Of a stretch of 64,000 nt of DNA, positions 41,284-50,230 are shown one piece after another (position 1 is the stretch's first letter; each line of letters opens with the position of its first letter). The position numbers and the translations under genes were made by a program. The notes beneath the pieces were generated by a model. That model searched no databases. It had not been told where the DNA came from and saw only the letters and a list, made by a program, of their open reading frames with translations. Source of the DNA: an uncultured Campylobacter sp. (lineage in GTDB: Bacteria > Campylobacterota > Campylobacteria > Campylobacterales > Campylobacteraceae); contig CAURUZ010000007.1 of NCBI GenBank assembly GCA_963528355.1, positions 15,554 through 79,553 on the forward strand, written 5' to 3'.

Positions 41284-41466
41284 ATTTAGTTCTTTATAAA
41301 TGGAATTTCAAATGCGTTTCATATGCTCTCAAATAGGGCGACAGCGCGCAGGTGCGGCGGATAGTAGATTACCTGCCGCAGCGCGTCTCGCAAAATCGCG
41401 CTGCGTCGCAGGTTTATAAAACGCAGCTCGCATAAACGCAGCGCAATGCTCGCAAAAATAAAATCC

Positions 41467-41488
41467 GCGGCTTGCAAAATCAAGCCGC
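41467..41488 (-). terminator. Intrinsic terminator after the LysM gene
   Basis: Stem GCGGCTTG / CAAGCCGC followed on the minus strand by ggattttattttt. Confidence 0.7.
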
Positions 41489-41509
41489 AGCATTCAAAAG
41501 CGGTAAGCT

Positions 41510-41932
41510 TTAAATTTTTGGAATTCTGATCTTCTGCCCCGGATAGATTAGGTTCGCGTCCTTGATAACCTCGCGGTTGGCGTCGAAAATAATCTTGTAT
41601 TTATTCGCGTCGCCGTAGAATTTCTTCGCGATTTTAGATAGGTTATCGCCCTTTACGATGGTGTAGTAGTTCTCGGCGCTATCCTCTCTAATGCCCTCGA
41701 TCTGCACGTTTTTGATACCTGCGGTGTTGCCCGCGATGAGGGCTGCTTTTTCGAGAGTTTCCTTATCGGCATTGCCGCTGATTTTGACGGTGTCGCCCTG
41801 CACCTCGACCTCTAGCCCCTCTACCGGCGTCGAGCTAAGATTGGCGGCGATCTCGTCTTTTACGGATTTGGCGTCATCGCCTAGACCTAGTAGTTTCTTG
41901 CCTGCTTCGGCTACGAATGAAAGTAAACCCAT
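41510..41932 (-). CDS. BON-LysM protein (Kbp/YgaU-like)
   Basis: MGLLSFV.EAG.KL, BON-like region AGNT.GI, LysM YTIVKGDNLSKIAK.FYG..NKY..IF.AN....IYPGQ.IRIP. Confidence 0.92.
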   Translation of the reverse strand: MGLLSFVAEAGKKLLGLGDDAKSVKDEIAANLSSTPVEGLEVEVQGDTVKISGNADKETLEKAALIAGNTAGIKNVQIEGIREDSAENYYTIVKGDNLSKIAKKFYGDANKYKIIFDANREVIKDANLIYPGQKIRIPKI

Positions 41933-42131
41933 GTTTTCTCCTTTGGTTAAAGTGGCGAAATTTTATCTTAAATTTACCAACGATCAGCTTAGGCGCATAT
42001 CCTTACGGCTCCGTCCTAGCCCAGTGATGCGACCTATGGCGCTCACTCTATGCTGACGGGGCAGGTTCTTGGACCATCATCGCCGCGCCCATCGATTTAT
42101 GTTTGCAGCGTATGAATTATCAGCGCTGCGA

Positions 42132-43334
42132 CTACGCTAAATTTTTCGTCAGTAAATTTCTAGCGATCACGGCGCATACGATGCTAAAAACGACGACCGA
42201 ATATGAGTTGAGATTTAGCCCGCAAAATCCCGCACTTAGGGCAAAGGCGCAAAGCGGCGCGTTTAAGTTGATCGCTAAAAAGGCAGCCCCTCCGCAAACC
42301 CCCGCTGCGCTTAGGCTAATAGGCAGAATTTCGCAGATCGCAAATCCTACGCATAGCCCCAAAACTGCGCCCAGCGCGAAGCTTGGCGTTAGCGTGCCGC
42401 CGTATCCGCCGCAGCGAAAGATCATCAGAATGCAAAACGCTTTGCAAAGCAAAATCGCAAGCAAATACGGGCTGAAGGATGCGGAGTTGAAAGCAAACTG
42501 CGCTGCAGAGCGCCCGTTACCTAAAATTTCAGGCACGTATGCGCCGACCGCCGCGGTAAGTAAAAACGCAAGCGGCAGTGTAAGTGCGATTTTGAGGCTT
42601 TTTATGCGCAGCTTTTCGCACAAGCGCACTCCGTCTTGAAAGTATTTCGCTGTGACTCCCGTGACAAGCCCGATTAGAGCCGCTGCGAGTAAATTCTGTG
42701 GGGTAGGGGCGAAGTTCGAAACTGCGTAATAAATTTCTTTTGAAGCTCCGAATTCCGCTGTAGCTGTAGCCACCGCACTAGTGGCAAAGGCGCATAAAAT
42801 CGCTCGAGTATCGAAGCTTTTAAGCAAAATTTCTAAGCTGAAAAGCGCGCCCGCTAGCGGGACGTTATATGCAGCGCCTAGTCCCGCTCCCGCGCCACAT
42901 GCGATAAATAGCCGAAGCTCATCTCCGCTTATATTTAGGGCACGGCAAATTTTAGCTGCAAATAAGCCACCCAGCTCGCGCGGAGCAGCCTCGCTGCCTA
43001 CCGGTGCGCCCAGAGCGATGGCTACAAGCTGCAAAACCGAGTGGATTAAATTTTGCCAAAACGGCGGATTTCGCCCATCCATCATCGAAGCTACGTTTAA
43101 AAAAGGTTTCAGTCTTATTAGCAGAATTCTAATTAAAGTTACGATTGCGCCGGCTGCGAGGACGCTAAGAAAGCGCCTAAGCGCAGTGGTTTGCTCCGTG
43201 ATAATGTGAAATTCCTCATCATTATGCCCGAAAGCAAAAGTTTCAATTTCGTTGATGCCGAAGTTTAAGACCCCTGCGCAAAGCCCCATTATAACGCCTA
43301 TCGCAAGGATCGCTAGAAAGAATTTAGTACTCAA
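42132..43334 (-). CDS. ClC-family chloride channel/antiporter protein
   Basis: GAPVGSEAAPRE, ACGAGAGLGAAYNVPLAG.LF.LE, PEILGNG, GGYGGTLTP. Confidence 0.88.
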   Translation of the reverse strand: MSTKFFLAILAIGVIMGLCAGVLNFGINEIETFAFGHNDEEFHIITEQTTALRRFLSVLAAGAIVTLIRILLIRLKPFLNVASMMDGRNPPFWQNLIHSVLQLVAIALGAPVGSEAAPRELGGLFAAKICRALNISGDELRLFIACGAGAGLGAAYNVPLAGALFSLEILLKSFDTRAILCAFATSAVATATAEFGASKEIYYAVSNFAPTPQNLLAAALIGLVTGVTAKYFQDGVRLCEKLRIKSLKIALTLPLAFLLTAAVGAYVPEILGNGRSAAQFAFNSASFSPYLLAILLCKAFCILMIFRCGGYGGTLTPSFALGAVLGLCVGFAICEILPISLSAAGVCGGAAFLAINLNAPLCAFALSAGFCGLNLNSYSVVVFSIVCAVIARNLLTKNLA

Positions 43335-43439
43335 AATATGCCTTTTTGAAACGCATAATTATATAAAATTTTAGCTTTAAAAAATCCTTACCGTGCATAT
43401 AAAAGTAGCTAAAACGCGAGTAAAATTTAAAACAATGGC

Positions 43440-43870
43440 TAGGAATTTATATCGCCTCTGCGGGTAAAATTTGCGCGAAATTCTATGAAGCTTAGGCAGA
43501 GGCAGAATTTTATTTACGCTAATCGCGCGAGTAAAATTTACATAGATTTTATATCGCGCGTAGAAAATTTAGCAAAATTTCGCATCGCGCGGGAGGATAA
43601 AATTCTATTTGAAATTTCTTGCCGCGAGGACAGGCGGAATTCTACGTAAAATTTAAATCTATCCGAGCGGGTAAAATTTTAAATTGAGTAAGCGAGAGAA
43701 TTTCGCAGAGGACACGTGGGATTTCGCGCGGAATTCTAATTTGCGAAAGAGGGCAAAATTCCGCGTAGAATCCAATTCGCATAAGCGGATAAAATTTCGC
43801 GTGAAATTCCAAGCTGCGTGGTTGGGCAAAATTTCGCGCGGAATTTTAATTTGCGTGAGTCATAGAATTT
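43440..43870. repeat. Degenerate ~36-bp minisatellite built on paired RAATTY sites
   Basis: Clearest units from 43721: atttcgcgcggaattctaatttgcgaaagagggcaaa / attccgcgtagaatccaattcgcataagcggataaa / atttcgcgtgaaattccaagctgcgtggttgggcaaa / atttcgcgcggaattttaatttgcg. Confidence 0.65.
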
Positions 43871-43906
43871 TGCGCCCCCTCGCGAACAAATTCGCTTAGA
43901 ATTTCG

Positions 43907-44449
43907 CTATTTTTTCCATATATCGTCCTTTTCGCCGGCTGCGGGCGCGCTTAGCTTTTTATCCAGAGCCGAAATTTTATCTGCGAGCTTTTGCGCGCCG
44001 TCAAAAATTTCATCTTTTTTCGGAAGCCCGAAGTGAAATTTCGAGCCTACGCTATCTCCGATGCTTGCAAGTAGCGATTTGGGCGCGTTTGCGATCGCGT
44101 CTTTAAAGATCGCCACATCGATACCAAGCTCGGCTAAGTTTTTTAGCGCCCGCGCAGAGCCGATAAACATCGCGATCTTGGCGTCGAAAAGATAATCGTT
44201 GGCTAGCTTTTGTGCGACCGCGGCTGATTTTTTATCCACGACGATGAAGCGCGCGCCTGCGCCGTTTGCGAGTAAAATTTCATTTATATCGTTCGTAATA
44301 ACGCTAAATTTTTTCTGCGCCTTTTGCGCCGCGGCGATGAGTCTGTCGTTAAATTTAAAGAGCAGATTGTCGTATTTGAAAACTTCGTCGCCGTTTTTGA
44401 TGAGATACAGCGGCTCGTAGGGCACGAGCGCGTGGCCTAGGATGATCAT
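43907..44449 (-). CDS. Hypothetical protein
   Basis: ATG at 44449 overlaps the upstream stop; MIILGH..., A..AQKLA.DYLFDAKI, GID.AI. Confidence 0.8.
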   Translation of the reverse strand: MIILGHALVPYEPLYLIKNGDEVFKYDNLLFKFNDRLIAAAQKAQKKFSVITNDINEILLANGAGARFIVVDKKSAAVAQKLANDYLFDAKIAMFIGSARALKNLAELGIDVAIFKDAIANAPKSLLASIGDSVGSKFHFGLPKKDEIFDGAQKLADKISALDKKLSAPAAGEKDDIWKK

Positions 44450-44652
44450 TTGCCGCCCCTTAGTTTGGCTTCGCAGGATTTGCAAAGGCGCTTTTTATCG
44501 CGCAGAGCAAGCTCGTCGTTGCTAAAGTACGTCCCGCACTCGTCGCACGCCAAAAGCTCGGTCGCATCGTCCTTTTTTTTGACGCGAAATCTAGGCACTA
44601 TCAAAAAATATATGAGCGCCGCGATAAGCGCGACGGCTAGAATTTTTCCCAT
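44446..44652 (-). CDS. Small membrane protein with a zinc finger (PP0621-like)
   Basis: N-terminal TM then CDECGTY......LCKSC. Confidence 0.8.
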   Translation of the reverse strand: MGKILAVALIAALIYFLIVPRFRVKKKDDATELLACDECGTYFSNDELALRDKKRLCKSCEAKLRGGK

Positions 44653-45230
44653 TATTTTACCCCTTTGATTACTAAAAATTTTCTATTTTTCAAAGCGTTT
44701 TCGCCGCTAAAAATTTCGCAGTGCGCGCCTGTAAATTCCTTGCGGAATTCCGCTGCTTCCGCCTCTGCGCCCGAGCCCTTGTAGAGCAAAAACGTAGTGT
44801 TTTCGTCGTAAAAGCCGCGACAAATTTCGACTAAATTTAGCGCGCTCATTAGCGCTCGCGAGCTTATCAAATCGGCGCGTAGCTTTGCGCCGTCTTGCAC
44901 GCGCTCGGCGTGGATTTTTACGTTAGCTAGAGCGAGGCTAACCTTCGCGTAGGTTAGAAACGCCGCTTTTTTTTGATTTGGTTCAAACAGATGCCACTCG
45001 CACAGCGGCAGCGCGAGCGCCAAAAATAGCCCGGGAAAGCCCGCTCCCGAGCCGACGTCACACGCGATGCGCGGATAGCGCGGTATGAACTCTGCTCCGC
45101 TTAGGCTGTCGCGCACCACCGCGTCTAAATCGTCGTAATTCGTGAGGCTATGGACGGCATTAAATTTTTGCAGGCAGGCTTTAAATTTAGCTACCTGCTC
45201 GCCAAAGCTCTCGTCCGGCGCAAGCTTCAC
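44652..45230 (-). CDS. rsmG: 16S rRNA m7G527 methyltransferase
   Basis: FNAVHSLT, DVGSGAGFPG, EPNQKKAAFL, SRA, YKG. Confidence 0.93.
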   Translation of the reverse strand: MKLAPDESFGEQVAKFKACLQKFNAVHSLTNYDDLDAVVRDSLSGAEFIPRYPRIACDVGSGAGFPGLFLALALPLCEWHLFEPNQKKAAFLTYAKVSLALANVKIHAERVQDGAKLRADLISSRALMSALNLVEICRGFYDENTTFLLYKGSGAEAEAAEFRKEFTGAHCEIFSGENALKNRKFLVIKGVK

Positions 45231-45787
45231 AGCAGATGCCCCATCTGCTCTTTTTTGACGCGCAGATAGTTTTCGTTAAATTTATTAGGCGTGATGATTA
45301 TCGGCACGCGCGCGACTACTTCCACCTTTAGATCGTGTAGCTTTTGCGGGTTGTTCGTAAGTAGATTTATGCGCGAAATTCCAAAATGAGCGAGTATGAA
45401 ATCCACGATCTCGTAGGTGCGCTCGTCCGCTTTGAAGCCGAGTTGATGATTTGCTTCGATCGTATCGAGGCCTTGATCTTGCAGCGCGTAGGCGTTGATT
45501 TTATTAAAAAGCCCGATATTGCGCCCCTCTTGACGCAGATAGATCACCATGCCGCCATGCTCTTCGATATATTTTAGGCTCGCTTCGAGCTGGTCGCGGC
45601 AGTCGCACTTTAGGCTGCCGATCGCATCGCCGGTGAGGCACTCCGAATGGATACGCACGTTTACGATATCCGCGAAAGGCTGCTTAAATATCGCCAAATG
45701 CTCCTTATTCCCTTGCTTAAACGACTGAACGCGGAAGCTTCCGAAGCGGGAGGGGAGATTTGCGACTTCTGAAATTTTTATATCCAT
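45227..45787 (-). CDS. ribA: GTP cyclohydrolase II
   Basis: RIHSECLTGD..GSLKCDC, YLRQEGRNIGL, LLTNNP.K. Confidence 0.97.
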   Translation of the reverse strand: MDIKISEVANLPSRFGSFRVQSFKQGNKEHLAIFKQPFADIVNVRIHSECLTGDAIGSLKCDCRDQLEASLKYIEEHGGMVIYLRQEGRNIGLFNKINAYALQDQGLDTIEANHQLGFKADERTYEIVDFILAHFGISRINLLTNNPQKLHDLKVEVVARVPIIITPNKFNENYLRVKKEQMGHLL

Positions 45788-45850
45788 GCTTAAATTTACT
45801 CCGATTGTGATATTATAAATCTTACAATTCTAGCTAAAAAAGGAAAAATA

Positions 45851-46825
45851 ATGTTTAAACGATTTAGACGCCTACGAATAAACCCCGCGCTTAGGGATCT
45901 GGTGCGACAAACCGATCTGCAAACCCGCTTTCTAATCTATCCGCTTTTTGTGGTGGAAGGAAGCGGCATCAAAAAGGAGATCGCCTCGATGCCCGGCGTA
46001 TTTCAGATGAGCGTCGATGAAATTTTAAAAGAGTGCGAGGCCCTCATATCGCTTGGTTTGGATAAAATTTTACTTTTTGGAATTCCTTCGCTAAAGGACA
46101 GCATCGGCTCGGACGCGCTAAGTGAGGACGGCATCATCGCGACTTCGCTGCGCGCGATAAAGGCTAAATTTCCAAATTTATTAGTAATCACCGATCTATG
46201 CTTTTGCGAATACACCGACCACGGGCACTGCGGAATCATCGATCATGTGCATCAGACGGTGGATAACGACGCGACGCTTGAAATTTCGGCGCAGCAAGCG
46301 CTCATCCACGCTAAAGCGGGCGCGGACATGATCGCTCCAAGCGGCATGATGGACGGCATTATCGAGACTTTGCGAGGAGCGCTCGATCGCGGCGGATTTG
46401 AAAATTTACCGATTATGGCGTATTCGACGAAGTTCGCCAGCGGCTACTACGGGCCGTTTCGCGACGTGGCAGAATCAGCGCCTAGTTTTGGCGACCGTAG
46501 CAGCTACCAGATGGATCCCGCAAATAGATTTGAGGCGATCAACGAAAGCCTGCAAGACGAGGCGCAGGGGACGGACATCTTGATGATAAAGCCCGCGCTT
46601 GCGTATCTGGATCTAATCAGAGATCTGCGAGAGCGCACGCTACTGCCGATCTGCGCGTATAACGTAAGCGGCGAATACGCGCTTTTGCAGGCGGGTAAAA
46701 AAGCGGGCGTGATCGATTATGAGCGCGTGATGATGGAGACGATGATAGGCATAAGGCGCGCGGGTGCTGATATGATCATCACCTATCACGCTAAAGAGAT
46801 CGCGGAAATTTTAAACAGGGCTTGA
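45851..46825 (+). CDS. hemB: Porphobilinogen synthase
   Basis: [39 protein letters not shown]. Confidence 0.98.
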   Translation: MFKRFRRLRINPALRDLVRQTDLQTRFLIYPLFVVEGSGIKKEIASMPGVFQMSVDEILKECEALISLGLDKILLFGIPSLKDSIGSDALSEDGIIATSLRAIKAKFPNLLVITDLCFCEYTDHGHCGIIDHVHQTVDNDATLEISAQQALIHAKAGADMIAPSGMMDGIIETLRGALDRGGFENLPIMAYSTKFASGYYGPFRDVAESAPSFGDRSSYQMDPANRFEAINESLQDEAQGTDILMIKPALAYLDLIRDLRERTLLPICAYNVSGEYALLQAGKKAGVIDYERVMMETMIGIRRAGADMIITYHAKEIAEILNRA

Positions 46826-47043
46826 TGATGAATAAAATAGCACTAGAGATTAAAAGTAACGAAATGGAAGCCGTCTTGGACGCCGTGATGAAGCTGGCAA
46901 AAAAGATGAAATTTGAAGCTAAAATTTTACCCGAAAATAGGGATGAGTATATAGAAAATTTTGGCGAACTTTCGAGCGCCGTTATTGCGAAATTAGATAA
47001 GCCGAGCAATAGGACTGTTTTTGAGCGATTAAAGGATAAATGA
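46825..47043 (+). CDS. Putative antitoxin of the Doc toxin
   Basis: 72-aa ORF directly upstream of the Doc gene, TGATG overlap with hemB; C-terminal helix NRTVFERLKDK. Confidence 0.65.
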   Translation: MMNKIALEIKSNEMEAVLDAVMKLAKKMKFEAKILPENRDEYIENFGELSSAVIAKLDKPSNRTVFERLKDK

Positions 47044-47052
47044 AAAAGACAA

Positions 47053-47445
47053 ATGAAATATTTAACGCTGCATCAGGCTATTTTTATCCACGATAAAATG
47101 CTAGAAAAAATAGGCGGAAGCAAGGGTTATAATAAAACTTCGCTTGGATATTTATCGTCCGCATTGCAGAATATAAAAAACGATCTGTATTATCCTACTA
47201 TGGCGGATAAACTCGCGCATTTGACGCATTCGTGCATAAAATTTCATCCTTTCACCGACGGGAATAAAAGGACGGCGATTTTGCTAGCCGATATGTTTTT
47301 GTCGGCAAATTCTATAGTTTTGGACGACGAGGAATTTTATGCGGCGATGGAAGATATAGTCGTAAAGGTGGCTGCGGGCGATATGACGAAAGGTGATTTA
47401 AAAGAATTTTTTAGTAAATTTATAAAAGATAAAGGAGCGATGTGA
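47053..47445 (+). CDS. Fic/Doc family toxin (death-on-curing type)
   Basis: [11 protein letters not shown] motif (Doc-type GNKR); YPT..DK.A.L; 130 aa. Confidence 0.92.
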   Translation: MKYLTLHQAIFIHDKMLEKIGGSKGYNKTSLGYLSSALQNIKNDLYYPTMADKLAHLTHSCIKFHPFTDGNKRTAILLADMFLSANSIVLDDEEFYAAMEDIVVKVAAGDMTKGDLKEFFSKFIKDKGAM

Positions 47446-48365
47446 GGCACTTTCTTACGTTAAACGATTTTAGCAAAGACGAGATAATCGAAATTTTAAA
47501 TTTAGCCTTTGAGATTAAAAAAGAAGCCAAGGCGCGAAATTTCAAGCCATATTTAAAAGATCAAAAATTAGCGATGATATTTGAGAAAAGCTCGACCAGG
47601 ACGCGCGTGAGCTTTGACGTGGGGATGAACGAGCTCGGCGGGCACGCGCTATTTTTGAGCAGTCGCGACATCCAGCTCGGGCGCGGCGAGCCTATCAAAG
47701 ACACTGCACGCGTGATTTCGCGAATGTGCGATCTGATCATGGCGCGCGTAAATCGCCATGAGACGCTCATAGAGCTTGCGGAATTTAGCCGCGTGCCGGT
47801 GATAAACGGGCTAAGCGATAAATTTCATCCCGTGCAGCTGATGGCGGATCTAATGACGATCGTGGAGTGTGGCATCCCAATTGCAAAGATAAAAGCCGCG
47901 TATGTGGGCGACGGCAACAATATGACGCACTCGTGGCTCATGCTTGCCAGCAAGCTTGGCTTTGAGCTGCGAGTAGCGACACCCGTGGGCTATGAGGCTG
48001 ATCCGCAGATACTAGCGCAGGCGCAAGAAAATGCTAAAATTTCAGGCGCCAAAATTTTAATAACGAACGATATAAAGGAAGCCGCAAGGGGCGCAAACGT
48101 CGTGACGACCGATACTTGGGTCTCGATGGGGCAAGAAGGCGAAAAGGAGCAAAGAATTCGCGATTTCGCGGGCTTTTGCGTGGATGAAAGCTTAATGGCT
48201 CTAGCAGGTAGCGGCGCGATCTTTTTGCACTGCTTGCCGGCGTACCGCGGATATGAGGTAAGCGAGGCTGTGTTTGAAGCGCATGCGGATGAAATTTTTG
48301 CAGAGGCGGAAAATCGCCTGCACGCGCAAAAGGGCGTCATGGTCTGGCTGGATCAAAAAAGATAA
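47442..48365 (+). CDS. argF: Ornithine carbamoyltransferase
   Basis: [33 protein letters not shown] start. Confidence 0.98.
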   Translation: MRHFLTLNDFSKDEIIEILNLAFEIKKEAKARNFKPYLKDQKLAMIFEKSSTRTRVSFDVGMNELGGHALFLSSRDIQLGRGEPIKDTARVISRMCDLIMARVNRHETLIELAEFSRVPVINGLSDKFHPVQLMADLMTIVECGIPIAKIKAAYVGDGNNMTHSWLMLASKLGFELRVATPVGYEADPQILAQAQENAKISGAKILITNDIKEAARGANVVTTDTWVSMGQEGEKEQRIRDFAGFCVDESLMALAGSGAIFLHCLPAYRGYEVSEAVFEAHADEIFAEAENRLHAQKGVMVWLDQKR

Positions 48366-48379
48366 ATTTAGGAGAACGC

Positions 48380-48862
48380 ATGGAAGAAAAAGATAAAGCT
48401 CTAAAAAAGATCGACAAAGCGAGCGAATTTTTCGGGCTGGATAGCTCGAAAAGGACGGTTTTTGAAATTTCACAGGGCGAGGACAACGAGAAAAAGCTCA
48501 CTTTAAAAAGCGGCTCGTGGAGCGACGAGGAGCCGTGGTTCGGCATTGACGAAAATAACGAAGTGCACACGATGATCTCGATAAAATCGCTTGCGAATCT
48601 CATCGCCGCGACCAAAAACGCGATGCAGGAAAATTTTAATCTCAAGCTTGAGCGCTCGATTTTACAGCATACGCCGGTGGATTTCGGCGACGCGTGGATC
48701 GTGTGTATGGACGAGATCAGAAGGCTAACGGGCGCAAATCCGAGTGCGAAAAGATTAAGCTTAGACGTCGATGCCGTCGTCTCGCGCGTAAAAAGTTTGC
48801 ATCCAAACCTTTTCATTGATATCGAAGAGCTTATCAAAACTAAGGCGGGCGGCCGTGAATAG
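48380..48862 (+). CDS. DUF2603-like protein
   Basis: GSW..EEPWF, ENF.LKLE..ILQH.P.DF.D.W, K..HPNLF; conserved position between argF and hemN. Confidence 0.85.
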   Translation: MEEKDKALKKIDKASEFFGLDSSKRTVFEISQGEDNEKKLTLKSGSWSDEEPWFGIDENNEVHTMISIKSLANLIAATKNAMQENFNLKLERSILQHTPVDFGDAWIVCMDEIRRLTGANPSAKRLSLDVDAVVSRVKSLHPNLFIDIEELIKTKAGGRE

Positions 48863-50219
48863 CATAGACTTCGACGCTTACGCGAAATTTTCGCGCCCGG
48901 GACCTCGCTACACGAGCTATCCGACCGCTTTGGAATTTAGCGAAAACTTCAGCTACGACGGATATTTGAACGAGCTGAAAAATCAGAAAAGCTCCACGCC
49001 GCTGTCGCTTTACTTTCACATGCCGTTTTGCCGCTCCGCCTGTTATTTTTGCGGCTGCAACGTAATCTACACGGGCAAGCGCGACAAGATGGATCGGTAT
49101 TTGGACTATATCGAGCGCGAAATGCAAATTTTAAGCGGCGTCGTGGACGGCTCGCGCCAGGTCGTGCAGATGCACTTCGGCGGCGGTACGCCTACGTATT
49201 TTAGCGCCGAACAGCTCGCGCGCCACATAAAAAATATCAAAAAATATTTTAAAAATTTCAGCCCCGAAGCCGAGATCAGCTGCGAGATCGATCCGCGATT
49301 TTTAAACGCCGAGCAGCTAGGCGTGCTTGTTTCAAACGGCTTTAACCGCATCAGCTACGGCGTGCAGGACTTTGATGAGCGCGTGCAAAAGGAGATCCAC
49401 CGCATCCAGCCTTTCGAACTTACGAGGGACGTCATAGCCATGGCGCGCGAGAGGGGGATAAAATCGATAAATATGGATCTGATCTACGGCCTTCCGTATC
49501 AGAGCCTAGCTAGCTTTAAGCGCACGCTGGAGCTTGCGCTTTCGCTTAATCCGGACCGCTTTGCGATCTTCAACTACGCGCACGTGCCGTGGATCAAAAA
49601 ATCTATGCGTAAATTTGACGAGACGACACTGCCCGAGCCTAAGGTGAAGCTTGAAATTTTAAAATTTACGCACGATTTTTTAAGCGCGAACGGATATGAG
49701 ATGATCGGTATGGATCACTACTCAAAGCCCGCGGACGAGCTTCATACTGCACTTAAAAACGGCTCGCTACACCGCAATTTCCAGGGCTATACGACCAAGG
49801 GCGGCGCCGATCTGATCGGCATCGGGTTAACTAGCATCGGCGAGGGCGCGCGCCACTACGCGCAAAATTTCAAAGATATGGACGCTTACGAGGCCGCGAT
49901 CGATGCGGGCAGACTGCCGTATTGCAGGGGCGTTTTGCTAAATGAAGAGGATCTGCTGCGCAAAGAGGTGATTATGGGGCTGATGAGTAATTTTTGCGTC
50001 GATATAGAGGCGATCGAGGAGAAATTTAAGATAAAATTTTTCGAGCATTTTAGCGCGAGCCTAAAGCAGCTTGAGGCGCTAAAGGATTTCGTGCAAGTCT
50101 CGCCGAATAGAATTTCCGTAACGCCTACCGGCACGCTTTTGATCCGCAATATCGCGATGTGCTTTGATGAGTATATGGGTAAAAATTTGGGCGAGAAGCG
50201 CTTTTCAAAAACGGTTTAA
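48855..50219 (+). CDS. hemN: Oxygen-independent coproporphyrinogen III oxidase
   Basis: GPRYTSYPTA, HMPFCRSACYFCGC, GGGTP, RNFQGY; likely GTG start at 48855. Confidence 0.97.
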   Translation: MNSIDFDAYAKFSRPGPRYTSYPTALEFSENFSYDGYLNELKNQKSSTPLSLYFHMPFCRSACYFCGCNVIYTGKRDKMDRYLDYIEREMQILSGVVDGSRQVVQMHFGGGTPTYFSAEQLARHIKNIKKYFKNFSPEAEISCEIDPRFLNAEQLGVLVSNGFNRISYGVQDFDERVQKEIHRIQPFELTRDVIAMARERGIKSINMDLIYGLPYQSLASFKRTLELALSLNPDRFAIFNYAHVPWIKKSMRKFDETTLPEPKVKLEILKFTHDFLSANGYEMIGMDHYSKPADELHTALKNGSLHRNFQGYTTKGGADLIGIGLTSIGEGARHYAQNFKDMDAYEAAIDAGRLPYCRGVLLNEEDLLRKEVIMGLMSNFCVDIEAIEEKFKIKFFEHFSASLKQLEALKDFVQVSPNRISVTPTGTLLIRNIAMCFDEYMGKNLGEKRFSKTV

Positions 50220-50230
50220 GCGGCGCGGCT

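Noticed and set aside
43335..43440. Fluoride riboswitch upstream of the ClC gene
   Set aside because: No GGCGATG...CGCC / GCTxATGAC pattern upstream; the ggcgatga string lies downstream of the gene and lacks the rest of the motif.
45788..45850. Overlapping divergent ribA/hemB promoters
   Set aside because: Several -10-like hexamers on both strands in 63 nt; cannot be assigned without TSS data, and the arrangement is ordinary.
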